A DNA stretch of 64,000 nt from Patescibacteria group bacterium (GCA_030271625.1 JARXKN010000002.1:7996-71995); one strand, 5' to 3'. Positions 48,511-56,887 are shown, counted from the stretch's first letter. The notes: generated from the letters alone by a model not told the origin. Translations and numbers: made by a program.

Positions 48511-49035
48511 TTAGGCCTTGGCGGCGTCAGCAATACCATCGAGCAAGCCGTGTAGATTGCCTGAAAGGGCGTTCGTAACGTCGTGCACTGGTGATAGTAA
48601 AGTGGCGACCACTTGGGCGATCAGCTGGTTCTTGCTTGGCAAGCCAGCTAGGGCTTTGACATTGTCGGCGTCTATAAAGAGGCCTTCGGCGGTGATGGCA
48701 CCAACGAATTGCAATGTCGGGTTAGCTTTGGCGAAGGTGTTTAAGCTTTGGGCTGGAGCGACTTCGTCTTCGGAATTGAAGGCGTACAGTAACATGCCTT
48801 CCAGCTGGCTAACATCAGCGCCCTTTAAGGTGTCGTTCTGCTGTAAGGCCTTAATGACCAAACGGTTTTTGACGACCTTAACACGGGTGCCAGATTCTTT
48901 AGCGTCCTTACGAAGACTCTGTAGAGCCTTCACAGTGGTGCCTTGGAATTTGGCGACAACGGTCATTTTAGAGGTACTGAGTAGCTCAGCAATCTCTGCA
49001 ACAACGTCATCTTTTTCGGATTTTGTTAATGCCAT
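48511..49035 (-). CDS. rplJ: 50S ribosomal protein L10
   Basis: 174 aa, immediately upstream of rplL. 'FQGTTVKALQSLRKDAKESG' is typical of L10. Confidence 0.9.
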   Translation of the reverse strand: MALTKSEKDDVVAEIAELLSTSKMTVVAKFQGTTVKALQSLRKDAKESGTRVKVVKNRLVIKALQQNDTLKGADVSQLEGMLLYAFNSEDEVAPAQSLNTFAKANPTLQFVGAITAEGLFIDADNVKALAGLPSKNQLIAQVVATLLSPVHDVTNALSGNLHGLLDGIADAAKA

Positions 49036-49238
49036 GTGTTCTCCTTAGTGAGTATTGGCTTAAGCGGGCATTCGACCTTTGCCGCTTATTTGGATTCCGT
49101 TGCCAAACAAAAACGTCTCTGAAATATAAGTTTCAAAGACGTCCAAACGCTTTATGCGAACATAAAGTTTGTTTGTACCTCGGCGACATAATTAAGGTTA
49201 AGTTAGTACTTATCCCGTCGCTGTCTCTGGCAACTTGA
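49036..49238 (-). promoter_or_regulatory. Structured 5' leader of rplJ (candidate L10 autoregulatory leader)
   Basis: 203-nt noncoding region with several hairpins, e.g. gacgtctctgaaa/tttcaaagacgtc and ctttatg-cgaa-cataaag. The L10-leader call is by position and analogy only. Confidence 0.35.
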
Positions 49239-50405
49239 CTATATAGTACTAAATTCTAGGCGTCTGGTCAATCGCTGAGGCGGTGCACAGCCAGCAGCTT
49301 CACGGCAAGCTAATAAGACGTCGGGATCAATATTGCCGCCGGTGGCTATCACCGCTGTTAGGCCAACTAACTGCTGGCGGTTAGCTGTCGCTGCCGCCAG
49401 GCCGACTGCGCCGGCGCCTTCAAGAATATGTCCTTGATTTGTCAGAGCGCCGATTATACGGCGGACCAGTGCTTCGTTGACGGTCAGAGCGCCTTTGGCA
49501 TGGCGTTTGATGTCGGGCCACGTTTGATCGCCGAGCGCCGCGACGGCGACTCCATCGGCAAATTTGTTGGGATTAGTTTGGCAGCTATTACCGCGCAGAA
49601 AAGCTGTTTCAACGGCTGATTGGCCGGTGATACCGGCGCCGTAGACTTGCAACTGTGGCGCGGCAACCGCGAGATACTTAGCCACACCGGCCAGCAAGCC
49701 ACCACCACCGGTCGGCACCACCAAGTTCTGGATGTCCCCGGCCTGCTGCACCAGTTCGTGCGCCACCGTTGCTTGACCAGCCATGATGTCGCGATGGTTA
49801 AAGGCCGGTACATACAAGCCCTGTTGTCGGGCGTTAATTTCTAAGGCTTTGTGACTAGCTGCGGCGTAGTCCTGGCCGTAGACTACTACCCGGCCTCCCT
49901 GAGCGGTTATACCGGCTTTCTTCGTTTCTGGCGTACCCTCGGGCACTACTACCATGGCTTCGATGCCAATTTTGGCGGCGGCTAGGGCTACCGCTTGCCC
50001 ATGGTTACCGGCACTGGCGGTTATAACGCCCGCTTCATGGGCCTGAACTACATGTTTGAGAATGAAATTAGTTGCTCCCCGAATTTTGTAAGCCTTTGTC
50101 GGTTGGGCTGTTTCGTCTTTTACTAATAACCCCTCATGCCAGAATGTCGGCGTAATCAGGGCGGTTCCGGCTATTCGCGCTACAGCTTGTTGTACTTCGT
50201 CGTAGAAATTGATATCGTCAACCGCTTCGGCTAAAACCTGGGCTTGGACATCAGGGCTACCAGCATATGATTGGTATTGGTCGTAGGCAAGATTGAAGGC
50301 GCGTTCCGTGACATCATCTGGGGTTACCGGCGCAATCGCATAGTGGTGACCCAATTGCGTGGTCGGAAGAGCTAGTCGATGGGGTACATGAACGCGGTCT
50401 GACAT
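49239..50405 (-). CDS. PLP-dependent serine/threonine dehydratase family enzyme (IlvA/TdcB-like, no ACT-like regulatory domain)
   Basis: PLP-Lys motif 'PTKAYKIRGA' and Gly loop 'PTGGGGLLAG'. There is a ~55-aa N-terminal extension. Confidence 0.8.
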   Translation of the reverse strand: MSDRVHVPHRLALPTTQLGHHYAIAPVTPDDVTERAFNLAYDQYQSYAGSPDVQAQVLAEAVDDINFYDEVQQAVARIAGTALITPTFWHEGLLVKDETAQPTKAYKIRGATNFILKHVVQAHEAGVITASAGNHGQAVALAAAKIGIEAMVVVPEGTPETKKAGITAQGGRVVVYGQDYAAASHKALEINARQQGLYVPAFNHRDIMAGQATVAHELVQQAGDIQNLVVPTGGGGLLAGVAKYLAVAAPQLQVYGAGITGQSAVETAFLRGNSCQTNPNKFADGVAVAALGDQTWPDIKRHAKGALTVNEALVRRIIGALTNQGHILEGAGAVGLAAATANRQQLVGLTAVIATGGNIDPDVLLACREAAGCAPPQRLTRRLEFSTI

Positions 50406-50408
50406 AGC

Positions 50409-50612
50409 TTACCGTTCTTCCAGATGCACCGTAGTGGGGACTACGAGCTGACTGACATAGCCGGCTGTCTCCGATGCTATATAAGGTGTTGTTTCGGCTG
50501 GTTGTGGTGCAGACAGTAGCTCTGGGTCTATACCGCTATCGCGCCACTTAGTAATTTCACCGCTACTGGCTCGTTTAGCGACGGTATTGGTAACTGTTTG
50601 TTGGAAGTGCAT
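50409..50612 (-). CDS. Hypothetical 67-aa protein
   Basis: GGAG lies 9 nt upstream of the ATG. The stop is 3 nt before the dehydratase start. No motif recognised. Confidence 0.4.
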   Translation of the reverse strand: MHFQQTVTNTVAKRASSGEITKWRDSGIDPELLSAPQPAETTPYIASETAGYVSQLVVPTTVHLEER

Positions 50613-50625
50613 ATTGATTGCTCCG

Positions 50626-50731
50626 TAAAAAATAAAAAAAGGCTTCGGGTGAAGCCAGATTGATTATCGTGTTTGGGCTGTGCTAACGACGCGTTCGCGT
50701 TCTGGCTTCAACCTTACTGAAGCACAGCCCC
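50626..50731 (-). promoter_or_regulatory. Transcription-attenuation leader with mutually exclusive terminator and antiterminator
   Basis: Read on the minus strand: GGGGCUGUGCU...UGAAGCCAG...AGCACAGCCC...CUGGCUUCA-CCC-GAAGCC-UUUUUUUAUUUUUU. A 6-bp terminator stem is followed by a U-run. A 9-bp alternative pairing joins UGAAGCCAG to CUGGCUUCA. A 10-bp outer stem encloses the antiterminator strand. Confidence 0.5.
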
Positions 50732-50789
50732 TGCAGACCCAGAATAATCATAATTTGTTGTTGCAGGTGGTTAATGCTCATTGTTAAAT

Positions 50790-50817
50790 ATTTTACTCCT
50801 GAAACTATGACTGTCAA
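50790..50817 (-). promoter_or_regulatory. Sigma70-like promoter TTGACA-16nt-TAAAAT
   Basis: The minus strand reads TTGACAgtcatagtttcaggagTAAAAT and points toward the attenuator leader. Confidence 0.5.
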
Positions 50818-50827
50818 TGCTTTTATG

Positions 50828-50856
50828 TTGACAACAGTAGCGGAGTTGGCTACACT
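50828..50856 (+). promoter_or_regulatory. Sigma70-like promoter TTGACA-17nt-TACACT
   Basis: The plus strand reads TTGACAacagtagcggagttggcTACACT. It lies back-to-back with the minus-strand promoter, the two -35 boxes 10 nt apart. Confidence 0.5.
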
Positions 50857-50977
50857 GCCCTCCGTAATGACCTATCGCCCAACTACCATTAAGCAAGTCT
50901 GCCGCCACAATATGGCAGTCTTTGCCGCGTAGTCGATGCGTTCGTAGTTACACTTTTATAAATTAGCCAGTAAACCA

Positions 50978-51015
50978 ACGGACCATCGCCATAAGCGATC
51001 GGTCCGTTTTTGTTT
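50978..51015 (+). terminator. Intrinsic terminator-like hairpin plus U-run upstream of the 47-aa ORF
   Basis: The sequence is acggaccatcgc-cataa-gcgatcggtccgt-ttttgttt, with one bulged G in the stem. Confidence 0.5.
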
Positions 51016-51037
51016 ATTAGTCCGAGGAGGATTTCGT

Positions 51038-51181
51038 ATGGCCCACCCTATCACATTTACAACCCTAACAGCTGTCGTCATGACTGCGGCGTACTGTTAT
51101 GTGATGGTGGCCAAGCGTCAACCAACCAACAACCTTATACCCGTCAGCAGTATCGAGAGGAGAGGCCATAATGGGTCTTGA
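51038..51181 (+). CDS. Unlisted 47-aa single-TM small ORF
   Basis: GAGGAGG lies 8 nt upstream of the ATG at 51038. The peptide is MAHPITFTTLTAVVMTAAYCYVMVAKRQPTNNLIPVSSIERRGHNGS. Its stop overlaps the start of the next ORF by 11 nt. It is below the 60-aa cutoff of the track. Confidence 0.4.
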   Translation: MAHPITFTTLTAVVMTAAYCYVMVAKRQPTNNLIPVSSIERRGHNGS

Positions 51182-51779
51182 CAAATCGATAAGAACGAGT
51201 ATACTAGAACACGGAATTAAAGATATTACAAATCTGATACAAAGAGAACCTATGAGTGTTAACCAGTTACGACGTGAAATTCAACTGCAGGCTGATACTG
51301 AGTGGAAACACTTGCCTGTTAATGAGATTGCTCGGTTACGAGCCCAATATTTAGTCGAACATCCTGTTGCTGAAATTTTTCTAGATCATGACACCCGCCG
51401 TACGCATGCTGCTATTGGTATTCAAAATGCCCTGGAAGCAAAGCGATATCTTCTGGGTCACACTGATGCTGAAAACTTTCGTATAGATTTCTTTCCTGGG
51501 CACCCGTATCACCGCGAGACCCAGGCCTATCATGGCATCCAGCTTGATGCGTTTGAAAAGCTTTTAGGCACCGCCTTTAAGAAAGAAATTGTCTACGACG
51601 AATCGACTGGCATTTATAGCCCGGCAACAGCAGTTTCAGATCGTCAAATTGTCCGCAGCGAATTCTTTAGTGATTCTGCCGAAGAACCGTATTCGGTTCG
51701 ATTTGCTGACGCTGAACAACATGCCTTACTCGCTAGCCAAGCTGGGCACGTAGCAATTAGCTCAATTGCTCGAGCTTAA
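51171..51779 (+). CDS. Hypothetical 202-aa protein
   Basis: Clean ORF that overlaps the 47-aa ORF. No motif recognised. Confidence 0.55.
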   Translation: MGLDKSIRTSILEHGIKDITNLIQREPMSVNQLRREIQLQADTEWKHLPVNEIARLRAQYLVEHPVAEIFLDHDTRRTHAAIGIQNALEAKRYLLGHTDAENFRIDFFPGHPYHRETQAYHGIQLDAFEKLLGTAFKKEIVYDESTGIYSPATAVSDRQIVRSEFFSDSAEEPYSVRFADAEQHALLASQAGHVAISSIARA

Positions 51780-54165
51780 ACTGCGTGTAGCGTTCGGCTG
51801 CCAAGCGAGTTAGTTCGGGGTCCTCTTCAGTGTTAACAAAGCGCATGGCGCTAGCTAACACGGGGTGGACCTCGTTTAGTTTCTCGTGCATTTGCATGAC
51901 CAGCTTACGATAGCCGGGGTGGCCCTGCGGACTGGTGCGTAATTCGTGCAGGTGGAAGGCTTCGCGGGCATTATAGGTTACTTTCCAGCGCATGCGGTGT
52001 CCGAGTAAGGTGGCGTATTGAGCATCCAGGGCATGGCCAGCTTGCTGCAAGAGGCTGTACAGCTTAAGACTTATATCGAAGCAGAGCTCAAATTGATCGG
52101 TTAAGCCGGCCTCTTCTATCAGCTTAGGGATTTCGTAACCATAGCGTGGCGTTAACTGTTGCCAGGTTAAGTCATCAACCATCCGGTGCCGCTGCAAGTC
52201 GCGGAAGATGCCGTAATCGCACACTAAGTCCCAACTGTAGTGAGCTTTTTCAAGGGCTCGGCCAGGGCGATGGCGGCGATTTAAGCGCTCACCCATGTAG
52301 GTTTGCATGACACGGTTTTTCTGGTCGTAGCTGAGGCTAGCAACTTCGGTTTGGATGTCTTTAAGCGGCAGGCTACTGTGTTCGTACAGCATGTCGGCTA
52401 CTAAGTTTGTCTCGTTACGAGGCCAGTAATCAACTAAGGTAACGGGCTCGATATCGCTACTGGCGTGATTTTCGGACAGCAGTTCGGTGGCCAGCTTAGC
52501 CACTTCAGTAGCGGTAGTCGCCGTGTACGCCACCATGGCACCACCGCGTTCCGGCTTGTCGGCGCGTTCCAAAAACATCGGTACAATTTTACGGGCTTCA
52601 GCCAGCAATGACTGGCCAGTTACGCGAGCCTCTTGAAGCTCATCGGACAATAAGTGCATGATCAGACTTTCTAAGGCCTGACCGGACGCAAAAATACCAA
52701 CCGTCGATTTCGTAGCTACCGGTAAGACGGGTCGGACGGCATCACAAGCTTGGGCTCTGGTTGCGCCCTGCCAAGCAATGTCGCGCTCGGCTTCTGGTAC
52801 CGTCGATTGTTTGCGGACGTAGTCCGTTAAGGCGTGCACCATACTGGAGTAGGTGTCGAATATCGTGTCCATAGCTTCGCGATATTGCCGCTTCAAGCTG
52901 GGCTTAAAATGAGCCGGTACGTGGTAGCGGTATTGGCCATCGGCATCTTTTTGATCAAAGTAAATATAGCGAGTCGATTGCTCCAAATAAGCCGCTAATC
53001 GTCCCCATTCCAATTTCTTAGTCAGCAGGTTGCTGGCGTTCTCGACGACAAAATGAATACCGGCTAACTGTTGCACGGAATCATCCCCATAAGCGGTGAT
53101 TACTCTCTGTAACAGGCTACTGTCCTTGCCCAGCTTACCGGCAAATTCATCAAGCAATGTCACCCGCATATCATCACCACGTCGACTCAGACGGGCCATG
53201 GCGGCCGCGATAGTAACCGGGCTTAGCTGTTCGGTAAAGGCATAGACATCGCCAGTTGGGTTGGTAACGGCCGCCGCTAAGTAACTCTGGCCGCGATTGG
53301 TAATAGTAAATTTGCCGTCATCTGATTTTGTAACGTAAGGCTCGGTACTTTCAGTTTCAGCTTGTGTGACTGCTGACGCAGTAGGCACAGCTGCGGCTGT
53401 CGCTAGGCTAGTTTCGCTAACGGTTCTAGCAGGGGTCGGTAAGTCTATCTTAAGCGGCGGCTCGTGGTCCGGCGCCGACTTTTGGTTAAGAATTTCGGCT
53501 ACCGAGACCGGACTAGCAGTGTTGCTGGCAGCAGGTGTCCGGCGAGCTAAGGTTTCTGATACCAAGCTCCAAATTTGTTCACAGACAGCATCGGGATTAT
53601 CGGAGGCATAAACAATAGGATAATGGCGCTGCTGCGCTTCCCATAAATACCCAGCCCGAACCCGCTCCAGAAACGCTTCATCAAGATTGTCGAACCGTTC
53701 GCCGGCGCCACGGTGGGCGGCTCGTTGGCGGAGGGTGGCTACCGGGGCATCCATGACAATACATAAGTCTGGTTCTACATCACCGACCGCAAAGTTGATA
53801 ATACTGGTGATAGTTTGGTAATCAGGCACATCGCCGCGGCCATAGTACTGAATCGCCAAGGTTGTTAAGTAGTTACGGTCAACTAAGCAGATGACGCCTT
53901 GTTCAACACTGTGTTTAATAACTTGTAATGACTGGGAGCGCGCGGCGTTGTACAGTAACACCTCGGTCCGGGTGTTCATTGGGTAGCGGGGGTCTTGGGT
54001 TAGCTGGCGGATGGCTCGGGCTGTGAGGTCGCTCTGGCTGTCCGGTTCACGCAAGGTGCGGACTGGTAGGCCGGCAGCTTGTAAGCGAGCAGCGAGCATG
54101 GTCAGCTGGGTAGTTTTGCCAACACCTTCCGGGCCCTCAACAACGATGTAACGACCCCTATTCAT
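51757..54165 (-). CDS. Fusion protein: thymidylate kinase (N-terminal) + tandem-domain flavin-dependent thymidylate synthase ThyX (C-terminal)
   Basis: The N-terminal ~210 aa carry 'YIVVEGPEGVGKTT' and 'LVDRNYLTTLAIQY' (Tmk). An Ala/Pro/Ser/Thr linker follows. Then come two ThyX-like halves: 'EQSTRY' with a degenerate RHR, and a canonical 'LQRHRMVDD...TPRY'. Confidence 0.85.
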   Translation of the reverse strand: MNRGRYIVVEGPEGVGKTTQLTMLAARLQAAGLPVRTLREPDSQSDLTARAIRQLTQDPRYPMNTRTEVLLYNAARSQSLQVIKHSVEQGVICLVDRNYLTTLAIQYYGRGDVPDYQTITSIINFAVGDVEPDLCIVMDAPVATLRQRAAHRGAGERFDNLDEAFLERVRAGYLWEAQQRHYPIVYASDNPDAVCEQIWSLVSETLARRTPAASNTASPVSVAEILNQKSAPDHEPPLKIDLPTPARTVSETSLATAAAVPTASAVTQAETESTEPYVTKSDDGKFTITNRGQSYLAAAVTNPTGDVYAFTEQLSPVTIAAAMARLSRRGDDMRVTLLDEFAGKLGKDSSLLQRVITAYGDDSVQQLAGIHFVVENASNLLTKKLEWGRLAAYLEQSTRYIYFDQKDADGQYRYHVPAHFKPSLKRQYREAMDTIFDTYSSMVHALTDYVRKQSTVPEAERDIAWQGATRAQACDAVRPVLPVATKSTVGIFASGQALESLIMHLLSDELQEARVTGQSLLAEARKIVPMFLERADKPERGGAMVAYTATTATEVAKLATELLSENHASSDIEPVTLVDYWPRNETNLVADMLYEHSSLPLKDIQTEVASLSYDQKNRVMQTYMGERLNRRHRPGRALEKAHYSWDLVCDYGIFRDLQRHRMVDDLTWQQLTPRYGYEIPKLIEEAGLTDQFELCFDISLKLYSLLQQAGHALDAQYATLLGHRMRWKVTYNAREAFHLHELRTSPQGHPGYRKLVMQMHEKLNEVHPVLASAMRFVNTEEDPELTRLAAERYTQFKLEQLS

Positions 54166-54871
54166 ACTGGCTTCCCTGTAATGGTACGGGTAAATGACGC
54201 TCGTCTTTGTAGGCTTTCGGCAGCATCATATCTGGTGACCAGGTCTTTATGATCGTATCGAGGTCGGTTCCCTGTTGGTACTTACCGCTAAAACTATTGT
54301 CACGGCCAGCTCCGTAATTACCGTCAACCGGGCCAGTTTCGTGGAAGATAATCTGAGCAAAACGCTCACCTACCGGCAATAAGACGGTTTCGCGCTCGTT
54401 GAGATTGTAGACCTCAAGCGTTAGGCGGTTGATATAGCCAGGGTCAATCCAGCCGGCATCAAAACAGACGGCGATGCCGTTACGCCCCCAGCTGGAGCGG
54501 CTGCGGACTTCGCAGGCGCCGGGTGGCCGTATGCCAAAGAATTCGTGAGTGTGGGCTAGAATCCGCTCGCCGGGCTTCAGACTGATAACTGGGTGATCGA
54601 GCGGAATATTGGCAACTGGCTTAAAGCCGTTTAGGGCGCACCATTCACCGTGTGGCAAGGCTTTGTAGGGGCCATCAAAATAACGTTCAACATCCTCACG
54701 GTCGAAGGGATTGTAAATTGTCCGGTCGTGCATCTTCTCGGTGCGGTAATAGTAGTAGCCAAGAGTTACGTCGAGGCTAGCGTGGCTGACGTGCTTGGGA
54801 TTAAACGGATGACAAACGATATGATCTTGTTCGATTGCTTCCCTAATTTGTATATTGCTATAAACAGCCAC
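54158..54871 (-). CDS. dcd: dCTP deaminase family protein (possibly bifunctional dCTP deaminase/dUTPase)
   Basis: 'IREAIEQDHIVCHPF...ASLDVTLG' and 'GWIDPGY' motifs. GTG start preceded by GAGGAG. The stop overlaps the tmk-thyX start by 8 nt. Confidence 0.88.
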   Translation of the reverse strand: MAVYSNIQIREAIEQDHIVCHPFNPKHVSHASLDVTLGYYYYRTEKMHDRTIYNPFDREDVERYFDGPYKALPHGEWCALNGFKPVANIPLDHPVISLKPGERILAHTHEFFGIRPPGACEVRSRSSWGRNGIAVCFDAGWIDPGYINRLTLEVYNLNERETVLLPVGERFAQIIFHETGPVDGNYGAGRDNSFSGKYQQGTDLDTIIKTWSPDMMLPKAYKDERHLPVPLQGSQYE

Positions 54872-55014
54872 TGGTACTCCTCAACAGTTTTCTCTATTGT
54901 AAGCACCCCAAGGAATTCAAGCAAGTACAATAACAATGTGATTTTTACGCAAATAGATGTTAATGGGCTTATGCTTTAGCTTGGTGTAGCCTTACGAGAG
55001 CCCAGGCAAATATA

Positions 55015-55041
55015 AAATACCGCCCACTGGGGGCGGTATTT
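55015..55041. terminator. Bidirectional intrinsic terminator after rplA
   Basis: The sequence is aaataccgccc-actgg-gggcggtattt. The minus-strand reading is followed by UUUUAUAUUU. Confidence 0.65.
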
Positions 55042-55062
55042 AGATGAGTGAAGCTACTTATA

Positions 55063-56010
55063 TTAGCTTACGCTGGACAAATCAACCGCAATGGAAGGAC
55101 CCATGCTGGTTGTCAGGTGGGCGACTTTAAAGTAGTTACCTTTCACGCTGGCTGGCTTGTTAGCCTTGATGCTAGCCAGAACGGCAGAAACGTTTTCTAG
55201 CAGTTGGGTTTCGCTAAAGCTAACTTTACCAACGCCAAGGTGCACAATACCGGTGGTGTCGACACGGTATTCAACTCGTCCGGCTTTTGCCTCGGCTACA
55301 GCCTTATTAACGTCGTTGGTTACCGTACCACTCTTGGGGTTTGGCATTAAGCCGCGAGGACCGAGTGTCCGGGCGTATTTACCTAATTTAGCCATCAGAG
55401 CCGGGGTAGCAATTAAGATGTCGAAGTTCATGTTGCCTTTTTCAAGTTCAGCTAACACTTCTTCATTACCAGCCAGTTCAGCACCGGCGGCAATAGCAGG
55501 AGCGGCATCATCAGTTAAAACGGCAATCCGAACGTGCTTACCAGTTCCGGCCGGTAACACCAGGTTGTCGCGGATATTCTGATCAGCGTGGCGCGGGTCA
55601 ACACCGAGATTAACGTGCAGTTCGACCGTGGCATCAAACTTAACGTGGCTAGTTTTCTTAGCCAACGCAATTGCTTCTTCGATACTGTAGACCTTACCAG
55701 TTTCTAGTAGTTCGGCACTCTTGCGGAAGCCTTTGGCGCGGCGAGCTAAGCGAGAACGAGTTGGGTTAGCGTGCTGGCGAGGTTTTTCAACATCCTCGCC
55801 GCTTTCCTTGCGCTCTTCTTTGGCTTGCTTAGCTTCGGCTTCATCAACAGCCTTAGCGCTGCGCTTGCCGGCTTTGGCAAGTTTCTTTTCGGTTGCTGGG
55901 GTGGCGCTAACTTTCGTTTCGACGATAGCGTCTGCGGCCAGTACGCTCGTGTCTTGAGCGTCAGCAATCGCTGCTTCGGCTTTGGTGGTCTTTTTCTTGG
56001 CTGCTGCCAT
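55063..56010 (-). CDS. rplA: 50S ribosomal protein L1 with ~80-aa Lys/Ala/Glu-rich N-terminal extension
   Basis: The core 'VYSIEEAIALAKK...LGPRGLMPNPKSGTVT' matches L1. The ATG at 56010 is preceded by AAGGAG. The track ORF starts at a GTG at 56052. Confidence 0.9.
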   Translation of the reverse strand: MAAAKKKTTKAEAAIADAQDTSVLAADAIVETKVSATPATEKKLAKAGKRSAKAVDEAEAKQAKEERKESGEDVEKPRQHANPTRSRLARRAKGFRKSAELLETGKVYSIEEAIALAKKTSHVKFDATVELHVNLGVDPRHADQNIRDNLVLPAGTGKHVRIAVLTDDAAPAIAAGAELAGNEEVLAELEKGNMNFDILIATPALMAKLGKYARTLGPRGLMPNPKSGTVTNDVNKAVAEAKAGRVEYRVDTTGIVHLGVGKVSFSETQLLENVSAVLASIKANKPASVKGNYFKVAHLTTSMGPSIAVDLSSVS

Positions 56011-56075
56011 AGTATTCTCCTTCGTGGTAGTAACGGTCTTTCGACCTCCCACAATTAATGTAATTATCTTAAAAT

Positions 56076-56504
56076 TTAAGCTTCGACTTCCACACCCATT
56101 GAGCGTGCAGTACCGGCCACCATTTTCTTGATGGCTTCGACGTCTTCGGCGTTCATGTCATGGGCTTTTTCAGTGGCAATCTTGGTTAACTGAGCCTGAG
56201 TCAGCTTCTTAGCGATTTTTTCGCTATTTGGCTTCCCAGAACCCTTTTGAATACCAAGTTCAGCCCGGATGCGATCATCGGTTGGCATACCAACGACGCG
56301 GAAATCCATGGTGCGGTCATCGTAGACCGTGATGTGGGCGGTGATGGTAGCGCCCTGCATCTCACGAGTTTGGTCATTAAATGGATTAATAAAATCCATC
56401 ATGTTAACGCCGTATTGACCAAGCGTCGAGCCAACTGGTGGTGCCGCGCTAGCCTGACCGGCCTTTAATTTCATCTTTAAATTAGCTTTAACAACTTTAG
56501 CCAC
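56076..56504 (-). CDS. rplK: 50S ribosomal protein L11
   Basis: 142 aa with 'AGQASAAPPVGSTLGQYGVNMMDF' and 'KTPP'-region equivalents. Confidence 0.95.
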   Translation of the reverse strand: MAKVVKANLKMKLKAGQASAAPPVGSTLGQYGVNMMDFINPFNDQTREMQGATITAHITVYDDRTMDFRVVGMPTDDRIRAELGIQKGSGKPNSEKIAKKLTQAQLTKIATEKAHDMNAEDVEAIKKMVAGTARSMGVEVEA

Positions 56505-56575
56505 AATGGCCTCCTTAACGTTCCTGTTTATACTTGCATGGTCGGGAAGCAGTCCGACGTGTGCGTAACAGATGT

Positions 56576-56604
56576 GATTATACGTTAAATTGGTCTATCG
56601 CGCA
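56576..56604 (-). promoter_or_regulatory. Sigma70-like promoter TTGCGC-17nt-TATAAT for rplK-rplA
   Basis: The minus strand reads TTGCGCgatagaccaatttaacgTATAAT. The downstream leader contains the hairpin gtcgg-gaagcagt-ccgac (56540-56557). Confidence 0.45.
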
Positions 56605-56611
56605 ACTGTAC

Positions 56612-56887
56612 TTAGGCGACGTCGGCAATCTCATTTGGAATTTCAATTGGTTGGACTTCTCGGGCCATGGCTAAGCTGGCGGCGCGGGCCTGTATAAGCT
56701 CCCGGAAGGTTCTGGCGCCGTCCTCCACTAAGCGTGGTTTTGGTGCTAAGACTGTTTGCTCGGTAGCCCGGGCTTGATCGATAATATAACAGTCTCCAAG
56801 TTTAAAATCTTCTGCTCTGAGCTCCTTATGGCCTAGTAATTCTCGAAACGTCATTGCTGGTTGGCAGATAGGTCGTTCGCCTGACAT
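56612..56887 (-). CDS. Hypothetical 91-aa protein
   Basis: ORF between nusG and rplK. It contains an internal repeat 'TFRELLGHKE' / 'TFRELIQARA'. Confidence 0.45.
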   Translation of the reverse strand: MSGERPICQPAMTFRELLGHKELRAEDFKLGDCYIIDQARATEQTVLAPKPRLVEDGARTFRELIQARAASLAMAREVQPIEIPNEIADVA

